Assembly (NCBI GenBank): GCA_017961325.1
Contig: JAGCXM010000028.1
Location: 21,781 to 85,780 of the forward strand
From: a bacterium
GTDB lineage: Bacteria > UBP6 > UBA1177
DNA: 64,000 bases
Direction: 5' to 3'
Position 1 is the first letter of the stretch. Each line of letters opens with the position of its first letter. Below are positions 21,284 to 31,881 of this stretch, piece by piece. The position numbers and the translations under genes are program-made. The notes under the pieces were generated by a model, which saw only the letters and a list, made by a program, of their open reading frames with translations, was not told the origin of the DNA and ran no database searches.

Positions 21284-21829
21284 CTAATTGAAAACTATTT
21301 TTTTGATTCCGTTTCTGCTGAGTGAAAGAACCTCCCTTTCAAGATCGGGATAGTCCTTTTTTGTTTCGTTTCCTTCGTTGCTGACCTGAATTTTGTAGAA
21401 AAATGCGGCAACGGGCGTTTTTTCACCTTCGATGTGGAAGAAGAAAACCTTGTCGTCTTCGATTTCGACCGGGTCTTTGCTTTCGCCCTTGACTTTCGGT
21501 ACGATGTGGTAGAGCGATTTCATCGAGCAGAATTTTCTGACTGGAACGAATCTGCCGTCCTCGAAACACGAAACGTCATCGCTGCTTTTGAATTCGATCT
21601 CTTTGATGTCGGCGAATTTAAGCATAAGTTCGTTTACGCCCTGAGCCGCCGAAATCGTTTTTGTTTCGATCATGGACCTGCTGTTAAGCGGTGCCGCCTC
21701 GATTTTTACGATTTTTCCCGAAATTTTCTTGCCGTTTTTCAGCGTAATCGTCGCATTTTCGGCAAAAAGCAAGGATGAAACGAGCAGAACCGTCAAAAAC
21801 AAAAAGATTTTTTTCATGGGTTTCTCCAA
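21284..21829 (-). CDS. Secreted hypothetical protein (181 aa)
   Basis: Signal peptide MKKIFLFLTVLLVSSLLFAENA; sits 10 nt upstream of trxA, possibly co-transcribed. Confidence 0.5.
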   Translation of the reverse strand: MEKPMKKIFLFLTVLLVSSLLFAENATITLKNGKKISGKIVKIEAAPLNSRSMIETKTISAAQGVNELMLKFADIKEIEFKSSDDVSCFEDGRFVPVRKFCSMKSLYHIVPKVKGESKDPVEIEDDKVFFFHIEGEKTPVAAFFYKIQVSNEGNETKKDYPDLEREVLSLSRNGIKKIVFN

Positions 21830-21949
21830 AAACAGTTATCAAAAAACAACTGTAAAATTTTAAGAAAAAAATGGAAAAATGCAAAAAATGTTTTGCATCG
21901 GCCTATCTTTTTTTGTATGTTTCTCCGGTTTTGTTGATGGGGGTGAACC

Positions 21950-22639
21950 ATGAAAAAAGTTATTCTTTTAAGTGCTGCCTTTATGTTTTTGATTTCCTGC
22001 AGCGGGACGAAAAACAGTGTTCCGGCTGCGGAAAAGGCTGCAAAACCTGCTGAAACGGCAAAAACCGAGGCAATGGAAGCTGCGGAAAAGGCTGCAAAAC
22101 CTGCTGAAACGGCAAAAAACGAGGAGATGGAAGCGGCGGAAAAGGCTGCAAAACCTGCTGAAACGGCGGAAACCGAGGAAATGGAAGTCGAAGGGCTTGA
22201 AGACGAGATCCTGGGCGAAGATTTTGAAAAAGAGAAAAACATACACGCCTTTGAAATGGTTTCGATAAAGAGCGGAGAGAATGTGAAATTCGGGGATTTC
22301 AAAGGAAAACGGATACTTATAGATTTCTGGGCGAGCTGGTGCGAGCCTTGTATCGCGATGTTCCCGGAGATAAACAAGCTGAAAAAAGAGTATGAAGACG
22401 AGAGAAAAACGCTGAAAATACTTTCAATCAGCGTCGATCCGATGCCGGGGAAGATAAAGAAGATAATCGCCGAAAAAAATGTGCAGTTCGATGTCCTGCA
22501 GGCGCCGGAATCTTTGGCGGAATCGGGCGTGATCATGCCTTACATGGTTCTTGCGGACGAAAACGGCAGCATTATTCTGACAAGTTCCGGCAAGCACAGC
22601 TACGAAGAACTTGAAAAAATGATTAACGGAGGGAAATAA
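21950..22639 (+). CDS. Lipoprotein thiol-disulfide oxidoreductase (TlpA/ResA-like redoxin) with three 18-aa AAEKAAKPAETAKTEAME repeats
   Basis: Lipobox LISC; WASWCEPC redox motif; three 54-bp tandem repeats at 22025-22186. Confidence 0.7.
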   Translation: MKKVILLSAAFMFLISCSGTKNSVPAAEKAAKPAETAKTEAMEAAEKAAKPAETAKNEEMEAAEKAAKPAETAETEEMEVEGLEDEILGEDFEKEKNIHAFEMVSIKSGENVKFGDFKGKRILIDFWASWCEPCIAMFPEINKLKKEYEDERKTLKILSISVDPMPGKIKKIIAEKNVQFDVLQAPESLAESGVIMPYMVLADENGSIILTSSGKHSYEELEKMINGGK

Positions 22640-22723
22640 ACTTTTTACTTGTTTTATGTTCGATTTTGTGCGATTTATACGGGTGATTTTTGGTTGTTTT
22701 AACAATTTCGATAGGAGAGTGAC

Positions 22724-23845
22724 ATGGTAAAAGTCGGTGAGAACATCAAAGCTATTTCCCCTTACAAACCCGGAAAACCGATTTCAGAAGTCGAAAGGGA
22801 ACTGGGGCTTACTTCTGCAATCAAGCTTGCGAGCAACGAAAACCCGACGGGGATCAGCCCGAAAGTCCGAGAAGCCCTGATCAATGCGCTTTCAGAGCTT
22901 AATTACTATCCGGACGGCAATGCATATTACCTCAAAAACGCGATTGTCGGCTATCACAAAAGCAGGGGTGAAGAGATAAAATTCGAAGAGGTTTTCGTCG
23001 GCAACGGTTCGAACGAAGTCATTGACATCGCAATCAGAACCTTGATCAAAGGCGATGAGGAAGTCGTTCTTTCCGAGCAGGGTTTCGTTGCTTACGAACT
23101 CATTCTCAAGGCGGCGGACATCAAGATGAAACTCGTTCCGCAGACGAAGGAACACGTCGTCGATATCGACGGACTCATCGCAGCCGTCACGCCGAAGACG
23201 AAAATGATCTGCCTCATCAACCCGAACAACCCGACCGGAACTTACTATCCGAAGGCTCAGTTTGAAAAACTTCTCAAGGCAGTGCCGCAGGAAGTCATCC
23301 TCGTCGTTGACGAAGCTTACTTCGACTTCGCCGACGCTCCGGACTATCCGAACGGTTTCGACTACAGAAACATGCACCCGAACATGATAATCTGCAGAAC
23401 GCTTTCAAAGGCTTTCGGACTCAGCGGAATCAGGCTCGGTTATGCCGTTTCAACTCCCGAAATCGTTGACTACATGAACCGCGTCAGAGAGCCTTTCAAC
23501 ACGAATTCGCTCGCTCAGATCGCGGGAATCGCCGCTCTCAATGATATGGACTACCTTAAAAACGCGATAAAAGTCAACAAAGAGGGAAGGGAATACCTCT
23601 ACAAAGAATTTGACAGGCTCGGGGTCGAATATCTGCCGACTCAGGGCAACTTCATGCTTTTCAAAATCGGCGAAGCGGCAAATTCAGGGCGCGACTGCTA
23701 CGACTACCTTCTTCACAAAGGCGTCATCGTAAGACCTGTAGCAAACTACGGCTTTCCGAACTGGCTCAGACTCTCGATCGGTCTCAAAGAGCAGAACGAG
23801 ACTTTCATAAAATATTTCGAAGAATTCCTTAAAACAGTCCGTTAA
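22724..23845 (+). CDS. hisC: Histidinol-phosphate aminotransferase (class II aminotransferase)
   Basis: LASNENPTG motif, pyridoxal-lysine region (SKAFGLSGIRLGY), 373 aa. Confidence 0.7.
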   Translation: MVKVGENIKAISPYKPGKPISEVERELGLTSAIKLASNENPTGISPKVREALINALSELNYYPDGNAYYLKNAIVGYHKSRGEEIKFEEVFVGNGSNEVIDIAIRTLIKGDEEVVLSEQGFVAYELILKAADIKMKLVPQTKEHVVDIDGLIAAVTPKTKMICLINPNNPTGTYYPKAQFEKLLKAVPQEVILVVDEAYFDFADAPDYPNGFDYRNMHPNMIICRTLSKAFGLSGIRLGYAVSTPEIVDYMNRVREPFNTNSLAQIAGIAALNDMDYLKNAIKVNKEGREYLYKEFDRLGVEYLPTQGNFMLFKIGEAANSGRDCYDYLLHKGVIVRPVANYGFPNWLRLSIGLKEQNETFIKYFEEFLKTVR

Positions 23846-23881
23846 TTCCGGCTGAAAAGTCAGTTCTCTAAAACAGTCAGA

Positions 23882-24787
23882 TTATTTTTTCTGCGCCTCT
23901 TCGGATGCCGAAAGCGTTTTGATGAATTCCATGCATACAAGCAGGATCAGCGCGCTGTAGTAGATCCAGAGGATGCTTGTTATGATCCAGGCTGCCGAAC
24001 CGTAGAGAAACGAGAAGTTCGATATTTCGTTGATGTAAAAATTGTATAATAATTTAGCTGCGTTCCACAAAATACTGCAAAGAAGCGCCCCGAAAAGGAC
24101 GGCATTTTTCCGCAGTTTTATTCCGTAGACGAAATATGAGATCAGAATGCGGAAAAGGAGGATTATTATGAGTGTAGAAAGAGCAAAACTGTAGGCCTGA
24201 CCTGTTGAAATCACGTCGATTATTCTTTGCAAAACAGGGATTCTCTGCGCGATGTTCCCTGCAAACGAAAGAAAAATTCCCGAAAAGTACTGGACGAAAA
24301 AGAGGATTATCGTGATCGTCAGCAGAAAAACGACTCCCATCAGCCTTGAAAGGATGAAATTTATCGATTTGCCGCCGAAAATCCTGAAAAAAGAGTAGTG
24401 AAGGGTCGAAAAAAGGAGCGTCGCCGAAACAAGGAGCGAAATGACGCCGACCGTTGTCAGACCCGCCTTGTAGTTTGCGATGTCGACAACGCCGGAAACA
24501 TATTTTTCACTTAAGAACGGGATCGCGATATGGAGCGAATTCATTATGTATGACGTAAGTTCTTCCGAAGTAAAATTCTGAATATCCTTAATGTAATCAA
24601 CGGCATATCCGACTGATGCGCCGAGCAGGATGAGGAACGGGATGAAACTTAGAAGAAAGTAGAAACTGATTGCGGCAGTGAAGGTAAAACAGTCGTCGGT
24701 ATAAAAATTGTGACCGGTTTTCCAGACTATTTTCAGAAACCGGCTTTTTTCAATTATGTCAAAAAATTTCTTTTTCAGGTTGTCCAA
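23882..24787 (-). CDS. YihY/BrkB family inner-membrane protein
   Basis: N-terminus ...DDCFTFTAAISFYFLLSFIPFLILL... plus multiple TM helices, typical of the YihY family. Confidence 0.65.
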   Translation of the reverse strand: MDNLKKKFFDIIEKSRFLKIVWKTGHNFYTDDCFTFTAAISFYFLLSFIPFLILLGASVGYAVDYIKDIQNFTSEELTSYIMNSLHIAIPFLSEKYVSGVVDIANYKAGLTTVGVISLLVSATLLFSTLHYSFFRIFGGKSINFILSRLMGVVFLLTITIILFFVQYFSGIFLSFAGNIAQRIPVLQRIIDVISTGQAYSFALSTLIIILLFRILISYFVYGIKLRKNAVLFGALLCSILWNAAKLLYNFYINEISNFSFLYGSAAWIITSILWIYYSALILLVCMEFIKTLSASEEAQKK

Positions 24788-24811
24788 GTTGCTCTCTCCC
24801 AGATGCGGCAG

Positions 24812-25471
24812 TTACTCCGGTATTCCGTCGACTAAAATCTCGACAGAAAGATTTGTCGTAGAATCCGGTGACTTGAAAGAGGCGGTTTTATGGTAGATGT
24901 CGACATAAAAATAAAGATTTTTCTCTGTATTTTTAGAATAGAAGTGAGCTTCGTTTGATGAAGCATAGTGATCGTACTTTTGATACTCCACGAATTTAAA
25001 AATTTCATTGTCAGTCGAGAAATAGTATTGCGGACAGTCGACAAGACAATTGCTAGTGTCATCCGGTGTGTCGTAGCTACGGTAAATATTACAGCCTGTA
25101 AGCTGGGAAAGATTTATTGCATTCGGTATAAAATCAGGATGTTCGCCGGATTTTTTGAAAACTATTGTCGTTTTCTGCAGCTTGGACAAAAGCTCAGTTG
25201 CGTTAAAAATACAATAGCCGTGTATTGATTCTCTGACACAGTCATCAAAAACAGAGCCGTTGTCTCTAATTAATGAAGTCGAGCCGTAGGAAATTCGAAC
25301 ATTACAATCTCCACCTCCGTAAGTTTCGGAATTGCTGTCAGAGTCGGAATCGTCAGTTGCTTCCGTATCAGCAAGGTAATCGTCATCATCTACTTTATTT
25401 TTGTGTGAGTCACCGCATCCGAAAAATAGAAACGTAGCCGAAATAACGCAGACAGCAAGGAATTTTCTCAT
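24812..25471 (-). CDS. Hypothetical lipoprotein (219 aa)
   Basis: Signal peptide plus lipobox (LFFGCG); acidic low-complexity stretch. Confidence 0.5.
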   Translation of the reverse strand: MRKFLAVCVISATFLFFGCGDSHKNKVDDDDYLADTEATDDSDSDSNSETYGGGDCNVRISYGSTSLIRDNGSVFDDCVRESIHGYCIFNATELLSKLQKTTIVFKKSGEHPDFIPNAINLSQLTGCNIYRSYDTPDDTSNCLVDCPQYYFSTDNEIFKFVEYQKYDHYASSNEAHFYSKNTEKNLYFYVDIYHKTASFKSPDSTTNLSVEILVDGIPE

Positions 25472-25642
25472 TTCTCACCTCAAAAAACCGTTAAAAATCA
25501 AACAATTGATTATTTTATTCGTTTTCGGATTAAAAACAAGTCGCTGCTTTCTGCACAAAAAAGCAGGCTTAATAATTTTTATAGCTTGCAAAAGGTTTCC
25601 CGAAAATTATAATCGCGCGGATTTTGATTTTGCGGGGCTAAA

Positions 25643-27139
25643 ATGAGCGCGAACGGTTCAAGAATGAAAAAACTTTTGGGAGAAACGGCGGTTTACGGGC
25701 TTTCAAGCATCGTCGGGCGGTTTCTCAACTGGATGCTGGTGCCGGTCTACACACGTGTTCTGGTGCGGACGAGCGACTACGGAATAGTTACTAATCTTTA
25801 CGGCTGGACGGCACTGATGCTCGTCATTCTGACTTACGGAATGGAGACGGGTTTTTTCCGTTTCATCAACAGGGAGCCTGATCCGAAGCAGGTCTACGGT
25901 ACGATCCTCACTTCGCTTGCATCGACTTCAACGCTGTTCGTTCTTGCTGTTGCCCTTTTTCTGAAGCCGGTTTCAGCCGCAATGGGTTATGCGCAGTACA
26001 GCGAATTCGTGATGATGCTTGCCGTGATAGTCGCGATGGATGCTTTCTGCGCCGTTCCTTTCGCAAACCTGAGGCACAAACAGAAGGCGTTCCGTTTTGC
26101 CGGCATAAAACTGGCTTCGATTGCGATAAATATCGGGCTTAACCTATTTTTCCTCATTGCCGCTCCGTGGCTTTCGAAAAACGGTTTTACTGCAGTCGAT
26201 CTGATCTGGTCGCCGGGTTTGGAGATCCGCTATGTCTTCGTTTCAAACCTGGTTTCATCGGCGTTCATCCTGCTCGCGCTTTCGCCGGATTTCCTTTTCA
26301 GATGGTCTTTCGATGCAAAACTCATGAAGAGGATTTTCACGTATTCGTTCCCGATTCTTCTTTTCGGAGTTGCCGGAATTTTCAACCAGACTGCCGACAA
26401 AATCCTTTTTCCGTATCTTTTTTCCGATCCTGCCGAGGCAAATTCGCAGCTCGGGATTTACGGCGCGTGCTTTAAAATCAGCGTGATAATGGTAATGTCG
26501 CTTCAGGCGTTCAGATACGCCTACGAACCTTTCGTTTTCCGCTACAAAAAAGGGGATGACACTTCGATTTACGTTGACGTAATGCACTTTTTCCTCCTTT
26601 TTTCGCTGCTGGTCTTTCTGGGTATCACCTTCTATCTCGATATTTTCAAACATCTGATCGGAAGCGCATACTTCTCAGGGCTTGCAGTTGTTCCGATAGT
26701 CATGCTGGGTGAACTTTTCTTCGGAGTATATTCCAACCTTTCCATCTGGTACAAACTTACCGACAGAACGAAATGGGGAAGCTATTTTTCACTTGCCGCA
26801 TGCATCATAACGGTCCTTATCATAGTGATTTTCGTGCCGAAATTCGGCTTCATGGCATGTGCATGGGCTTCGTTTACATCGAATTTCGTCGTCATGGCAG
26901 CTTCATATTTCATCGGACAGAAATATTTCCCGATTTCATACCGTGTAAAAAGCGGCGTTTTTTATTTTGTTTTTGCCATGATTCTCTGGGCTGTAGCAGC
27001 ATTCGTTCCGATCGAGGGAAAAATCCTTTCTCTTGCTTTCAAAACCGTGCTTATAATGGCTTTTGCAGTCGTTGTTGTAATCAAGGAACCGATTCTCCGC
27101 TCGTCTCTGCGCTCTTTTGTTGCAAAAATCAGACATTAA
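25643..27139 (+). CDS. Oligosaccharide flippase family (Wzx/MOP superfamily) membrane protein
   Basis: About 14 predicted TM helices; N-terminus LLGETAVYGLSSIVGRFLNWMLVPVYTRVL typical of polysaccharide biosynthesis flippases. Confidence 0.65.
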   Translation: MSANGSRMKKLLGETAVYGLSSIVGRFLNWMLVPVYTRVLVRTSDYGIVTNLYGWTALMLVILTYGMETGFFRFINREPDPKQVYGTILTSLASTSTLFVLAVALFLKPVSAAMGYAQYSEFVMMLAVIVAMDAFCAVPFANLRHKQKAFRFAGIKLASIAINIGLNLFFLIAAPWLSKNGFTAVDLIWSPGLEIRYVFVSNLVSSAFILLALSPDFLFRWSFDAKLMKRIFTYSFPILLFGVAGIFNQTADKILFPYLFSDPAEANSQLGIYGACFKISVIMVMSLQAFRYAYEPFVFRYKKGDDTSIYVDVMHFFLLFSLLVFLGITFYLDIFKHLIGSAYFSGLAVVPIVMLGELFFGVYSNLSIWYKLTDRTKWGSYFSLAACIITVLIIVIFVPKFGFMACAWASFTSNFVVMAASYFIGQKYFPISYRVKSGVFYFVFAMILWAVAAFVPIEGKILSLAFKTVLIMAFAVVVVIKEPILRSSLRSFVAKIRH

Positions 27140-27215
27140 ATAATTGATTTCTGATATTTTCGCAGAGACGTTTTAGGAAACGTCTCTGCGTTAACATTGT
27201 GATTTTATTGGATTT

Positions 27216-29285
27216 TTATTCGTCTTTATTGTCTTTGTTTGCTTCGTATTCGTCGATGATCTTCTTCTGGATGTCAGCCGGAACCTGCTCGTAATGGTCA
27301 TATTTGATGGTGTAGGTTCCGCGGCCGTTTGTCATCGAACGGAGCTGAGTCGAATATCCGTGAACTTCTTTGAGAGGAACGAGCGCTTTGATGACGGTGA
27401 GTCTGCCTTCGCTTTCCATGCCCTGCGGTTTGCCGCGGCGGCTGGAGATATCGCCCATTACGGAACCTGCGAACTCTTCCGGAACGGTGATCTTGATCTC
27501 GTAGATGGGTTCAAGGATTATCGGGTTGGCTCTCTTGACGGCATCTTTGAAAGCCATCTGAGCAGCTTTTTTGAACGCGACTTCCTTACTGTCGACCGGA
27601 TGTTCCTTACCGTCGTTGAGTGTTACTTTGCAGTTGATGAATTTGCAGCCCGAAAGAACGCCTTCAGCGAGAACTTCACGGATACCTTTTTCAACTGCCG
27701 GAATGAATCTGCCTGAGATTACGCCGCCGACGATAGCATCAACGAATTCGAATTCGCTTTCGCTGTTCGGCTCGAGAACGATGTTGACTTCTGCGAACTC
27801 GCCCGATCCGCCCGACTGTTTTTTGTGGCGGTAACGTGCTTCCGCTTTTCCTTTGATCGTTTCTCTGTAGGGGATTCTCGGTTCAAGTATTTTGACGTCA
27901 AGTCCGAACTGGTTCTTGATCTTCTTTGCCAGAACTTCAAGGTGGAGTTCGCCGAGACCGTCAACAAAAAGCTGTTTGAGTTCGGGATCGTTGACCATTT
28001 TGAAGGATGCGTCTTCGATCTGCATCTTTTTGATTGCAGCAGCGACCTTGTCGGTATCTTCTTTCGAAGCACCTGCGAATGCGCCGCGGACGATTGCTTC
28101 AGGCCATTCAATGAGCGGGAACGGATAAACTTCGGCAGCTTTGTTGTCGGAGAACTGGTCGCCGGTCTTGCTGTTTTTGAGTTTAACGGTTACGGCGATC
28201 TGACCTGCAACGACGTTTTTCAGCGGGAATCTGTCTTTGCCTCTCGTGTAGAAGAGCTGACCGAATTTTTCAGCCGATGCGGAAGACATGTTGTAAACGT
28301 CTGCGCCTTCAGCAAGACTACCCTGGAGAAGTTTGAACGCATAAACTTCGCCGAACTGCGGGATCGAGTTTACTTTGAAGATGATGCCTTTCGTTACGGA
28401 ATCGTCGTTCGTATCGATCTCGCCTTCGCCGAACTGCATGATCTTGCCTTCCGGGGAGGGGAAGAAGTCAACGACAGAGTCAAGAACGATATCAACGCCG
28501 ATGCCTTTGTTCGGGGCACCGAAGAATACCGGATAAACTGTTCCATTCGAGAAAGCTTTGTGGAGACCGGTGTTGATCTCTTCTTCCGAAAGCGAACCTT
28601 CGTCGAAGTATTTGGTCATAAGCTCTTCATCGCTCTCTGCGACTGCTTCCATGAGCTTTTCCTTGAGTTCCTGGACTTTGTCAGCAAACTGAGCAGGAAT
28701 CTCGCTTTCCGAAGCTCTTTTGCCGTTTGCATATTTTACGAGTTTGCCTTTGAAAATGTCAATGATCGAATCAGCGTTCTGACCAGTTGCAGCCGGATAG
28801 GTGATCGGAGCAAGCGAAATTTCGAGCTCTTTTGCGATGCTGTCGAAAGCCGATTCAAGGTTTATGTTGTCGCGGTCTACTTCGTTGATGAAGAAAGCTA
28901 TCGATTTTCCGAGTCTTTTCGCGAGCTTGAAAGCCTTTTCTGTTCCGGCGTCGATGCCGGTCGAACCTTCAACTGTGAGAAGAGCCGCTTCACAGAAAGG
29001 CATTGAAGCTGCAAGCTCGCCGCCGAAATCGAAGTATCCGGGAGTATCAATGAAAGTAATCAGATTCTGCTTGTACTCAACAGAATTGATTGATGCGGAA
29101 ATTGAAATTCCTCTGTTTTTTTCCTCTTCGGTGAAGTCAGAAACGGTGTTTCCGTCAGTAACGGAACCCTGTCTGTTGATTGCGCCTGCGTTGAAAAGCA
29201 GCGATTCGACAAGAGTTGTTTTTCCCGATGTGCCGTGTCCTGCGACACAAACGTTGCGTAAAGAGCTTTTGTTGAAATCAGCCAT
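27216..29285 (-). CDS. Elongation factor G-like translational GTPase (EF-G paralogue)
   Basis: G1 AGHGTSGKTTL, G3 DTPG, EF-G domains II-V; 689 aa; N-terminus differs from canonical fusA. Confidence 0.8.
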   Translation of the reverse strand: MADFNKSSLRNVCVAGHGTSGKTTLVESLLFNAGAINRQGSVTDGNTVSDFTEEEKNRGISISASINSVEYKQNLITFIDTPGYFDFGGELAASMPFCEAALLTVEGSTGIDAGTEKAFKLAKRLGKSIAFFINEVDRDNINLESAFDSIAKELEISLAPITYPAATGQNADSIIDIFKGKLVKYANGKRASESEIPAQFADKVQELKEKLMEAVAESDEELMTKYFDEGSLSEEEINTGLHKAFSNGTVYPVFFGAPNKGIGVDIVLDSVVDFFPSPEGKIMQFGEGEIDTNDDSVTKGIIFKVNSIPQFGEVYAFKLLQGSLAEGADVYNMSSASAEKFGQLFYTRGKDRFPLKNVVAGQIAVTVKLKNSKTGDQFSDNKAAEVYPFPLIEWPEAIVRGAFAGASKEDTDKVAAAIKKMQIEDASFKMVNDPELKQLFVDGLGELHLEVLAKKIKNQFGLDVKILEPRIPYRETIKGKAEARYRHKKQSGGSGEFAEVNIVLEPNSESEFEFVDAIVGGVISGRFIPAVEKGIREVLAEGVLSGCKFINCKVTLNDGKEHPVDSKEVAFKKAAQMAFKDAVKRANPIILEPIYEIKITVPEEFAGSVMGDISSRRGKPQGMESEGRLTVIKALVPLKEVHGYSTQLRSMTNGRGTYTIKYDHYEQVPADIQKKIIDEYEANKDNKDE

Positions 29286-29490
29286 TTGTTCCTCCTATTT
29301 ATTGGCTCAAAAATAACTTCAATAAGCGGTTTGCGGGTTTGCGAACCCGAAAAGCGGAATAGCATACTACTTTTTGAATTTTTTGCAATTTTTTTGAGTT
29401 ACAGGGTTAGGTTCGCCTTTTTGTGAAAAAGTTTTTCCGGAACTGTCGTACCGGTAAACGCAAAGCGAAGCCGTGAGCGGCAGACTTTGA

Positions 29491-31764
29491 TTATTTGCAG
29501 TCTGTGGAATAAGTTATTTCTGTAGCCGTGCCGTTAAGGCCGTTCGGAGACGAATCGTCTGCATTGCCGCTGAAATTCCAGAAAGCGATCGTATCATTGT
29601 CTGCACTGAGCAGACCCGGAGTAAAATCAGCCGTATATTTCGCGGTATTCGAAATCTTTATTGCATCGATAAGACCTTTGAAATAAAGATCAGTGCCGCT
29701 AATAAGGGGTTGGTCATAATAATAACCGATTTTAAGTGCGCTGGAGACTGTTCTCGGAGTGCGCTCACTGCTGCTGGTCTTTTCGCCTGCCAGTTTTCCG
29801 TTTATATAAAGACGAAGCAGGGATGTTCCGTTATCTACATGATAAGAAAGTGCAATATGATTCCAGTCTTCTTTGATCGGTGAATCAGCATCTGTATTCT
29901 GGTATTTGATTTCAGCACTAAGATCTGCGGAGCTGCTGTAATAAAAACCGCCGTACATATTGTAATAAGTATTTGAATCAGACGTTGTCTTGTAGAAACC
30001 GGTCAGAAAATATCCGTCACCCTTCCTTAGAATCGGAGTTTTTTTGTAAGTTGATGTCGGGAGATTACTCATATCCTGCTTTACCCAGGCTTCAATCGTC
30101 CAAGCCTGTCCGAGATTCAGCAGATCGTTGTCTGCAATTTCGATTTTGGATTTCTCTCCGTTAAAAACTGCGGAACAGAGAGGTTTGCACTCGTCACCTT
30201 CCGATCCGTCAGGACGGGCGTTTGAAACACATTTGTACTGGCACGGCTCAGGTTCTCCGTCTCCGTAATGTGTCGTATATGCAGGTCCCGGCATCCATGC
30301 TCCTGCTTCAACATCGTAATATACGTCGTAGCTCGAATCACCGTTCCATTCGGAATGTGCAGGCTTAGTATCGCATTTCTTTGTTTTGTAGCAGTTCTGC
30401 GCTGAAGAATCCCACGTTCCGCCTGCGCTGGCACATTTTTCTTCGTCGGACAGCAGTGTCTGATCATCGTTATTCGTCTGGTTTTCAGAATCTGAATCAT
30501 CGTCATTCGTCTGGTTTTCAGAATCTGAATCGTCATCAAGATCCGTGTCTGCTGCATCTTCATCGGGAATCGTATCGGTATGATCATCGGACGGATCTGT
30601 CTGGTTCGTCGAGCCGTTGACAAGCGTTGTTACGAAATCCTTGCCTGCCTGCTGCATTCTTGCGAAATCGCTGCCGAGAGATGTCGTGCAGTCAAGAACG
30701 AGCATTATCAGCGCGCTGTTCTTATCTTCTGTAACGGTGCTCGAACTTTCAGGATTGAACTCCGATTCTTTGTCCCAGCCGCCGGTGCTGGTCTCTTTCC
30801 ACAACATTATTCTGCTGATGTCGGCATCCGATACCGGAGTGCTGCCGTCATCGTATTTAAGGTCTTCAAACACAAAATGGTAGTATGCTCCGTCCGGAGA
30901 ACCGGTCGATACCGTAGTCCGGCTTGTTAAACCGTGGCATGTGATCTCCTCAAGAATTCTTCCGTCAGAGCGGCGGAAAGTGGCTTCAATGTAGAGTTTT
31001 GAATCTGTAGCCGTATCTGAATTGTCGAATGTGAAGCGCAGATGCTGGCCGTCATCGTAACCGCCGGGCACTTTAATATCCAGATTTACCGTTTTGGAAA
31101 CTGAATAGAGTGCTTCGGCAATTGCCTTGAAATGTTCCATAGCTTCTTCCATATCGGAAACCTGAAAGACATTATCGTCGCTGCTTGCCAGCTTTTTCAG
31201 TGTTTCGCCGAATGCGGTTTCATCGGTGACATCCTTGCCTTTAAGGCCGATGGTGTAGGCTGCTACGTTCAGTTCATGTATTTTATCGTTAACGATCATT
31301 TCATGAAGTGCGTCTCTGTATGCGGCTGTGCTGCCGTAGTTCCCGGGGTTGTAATCGTCGTTGGCAAGCGAAATGTTGTCGAGTCCGTCTGTAAATGTGA
31401 CCAGAGCTACATTTTTCAGCTTTGCGGGAACAGGATAGCTGCGCATCATTTCAAGCGCGGTGTAGTCGGCAAAGTAGAGAGCGGTGCCGTCGCCGGATGT
31501 GAGGTCGTCGATAAAACTTTTGTAAGTATTTTCAGTCGAATTGTCCAGCAGACCGATTTCCTTGGTGTATTGAGCTTCGTTGAATCCGATGATCCCGAAG
31601 TAGATTCCTTCCGCTGATGTATCAACGGTGTCTGTAGGTTCGGTGTCTTCGTCATTTACTGTCTCGCCGGATTCAGTGCCGTTGTCAGCTTTTTTCGAAC
31701 CTCCGCAGCTGACGATGAAGATCAGTGCTGCGAAAATTGCGCAAACCTCAAAAAATCTTTTCAT
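29491..31764 (-). CDS. Lipoprotein with an N-terminal vWA-like region and a C-terminal concanavalin-A-like/LamG domain. The ORF extends to 31779 but the probable start is ATG 31762-31764 (MKRFF), since the upstream ATG lies inside the GGAGGAGG RBS.
   Basis: Lipobox IVSCGG; ...ALVTFTDGLDN... (vWA-like); C-terminal WTIEAWVK...LRLYINGKL..., typical of LamG. Confidence 0.55.
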   Translation of the reverse strand: MKRFFEVCAIFAALIFIVSCGGSKKADNGTESGETVNDEDTEPTDTVDTSAEGIYFGIIGFNEAQYTKEIGLLDNSTENTYKSFIDDLTSGDGTALYFADYTALEMMRSYPVPAKLKNVALVTFTDGLDNISLANDDYNPGNYGSTAAYRDALHEMIVNDKIHELNVAAYTIGLKGKDVTDETAFGETLKKLASSDDNVFQVSDMEEAMEHFKAIAEALYSVSKTVNLDIKVPGGYDDGQHLRFTFDNSDTATDSKLYIEATFRRSDGRILEEITCHGLTSRTTVSTGSPDGAYYHFVFEDLKYDDGSTPVSDADISRIMLWKETSTGGWDKESEFNPESSSTVTEDKNSALIMLVLDCTTSLGSDFARMQQAGKDFVTTLVNGSTNQTDPSDDHTDTIPDEDAADTDLDDDSDSENQTNDDDSDSENQTNNDDQTLLSDEEKCASAGGTWDSSAQNCYKTKKCDTKPAHSEWNGDSSYDVYYDVEAGAWMPGPAYTTHYGDGEPEPCQYKCVSNARPDGSEGDECKPLCSAVFNGEKSKIEIADNDLLNLGQAWTIEAWVKQDMSNLPTSTYKKTPILRKGDGYFLTGFYKTTSDSNTYYNMYGGFYYSSSADLSAEIKYQNTDADSPIKEDWNHIALSYHVDNGTSLLRLYINGKLAGEKTSSSERTPRTVSSALKIGYYYDQPLISGTDLYFKGLIDAIKISNTAKYTADFTPGLLSADNDTIAFWNFSGNADDSSPNGLNGTATEITYSTDCK

Positions 31765-31881
31765 TTTTGCCTCCTCCAAAAAAACGTAGCATTTTAGGTA
31801 TTGTCGTCAAAAGTGCAAGTTTTTGCTTACATCCAATATTGTGGAATTTGCACGCGGGCCGATCTCTCTCCGGCAATCAGT

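Noticed and set aside
27825-29006. 393-aa plus-strand ORF antisense to the EF-G-like gene
   Set aside because: Entirely embedded opposite a highly conserved GTPase gene; no start context or motifs.
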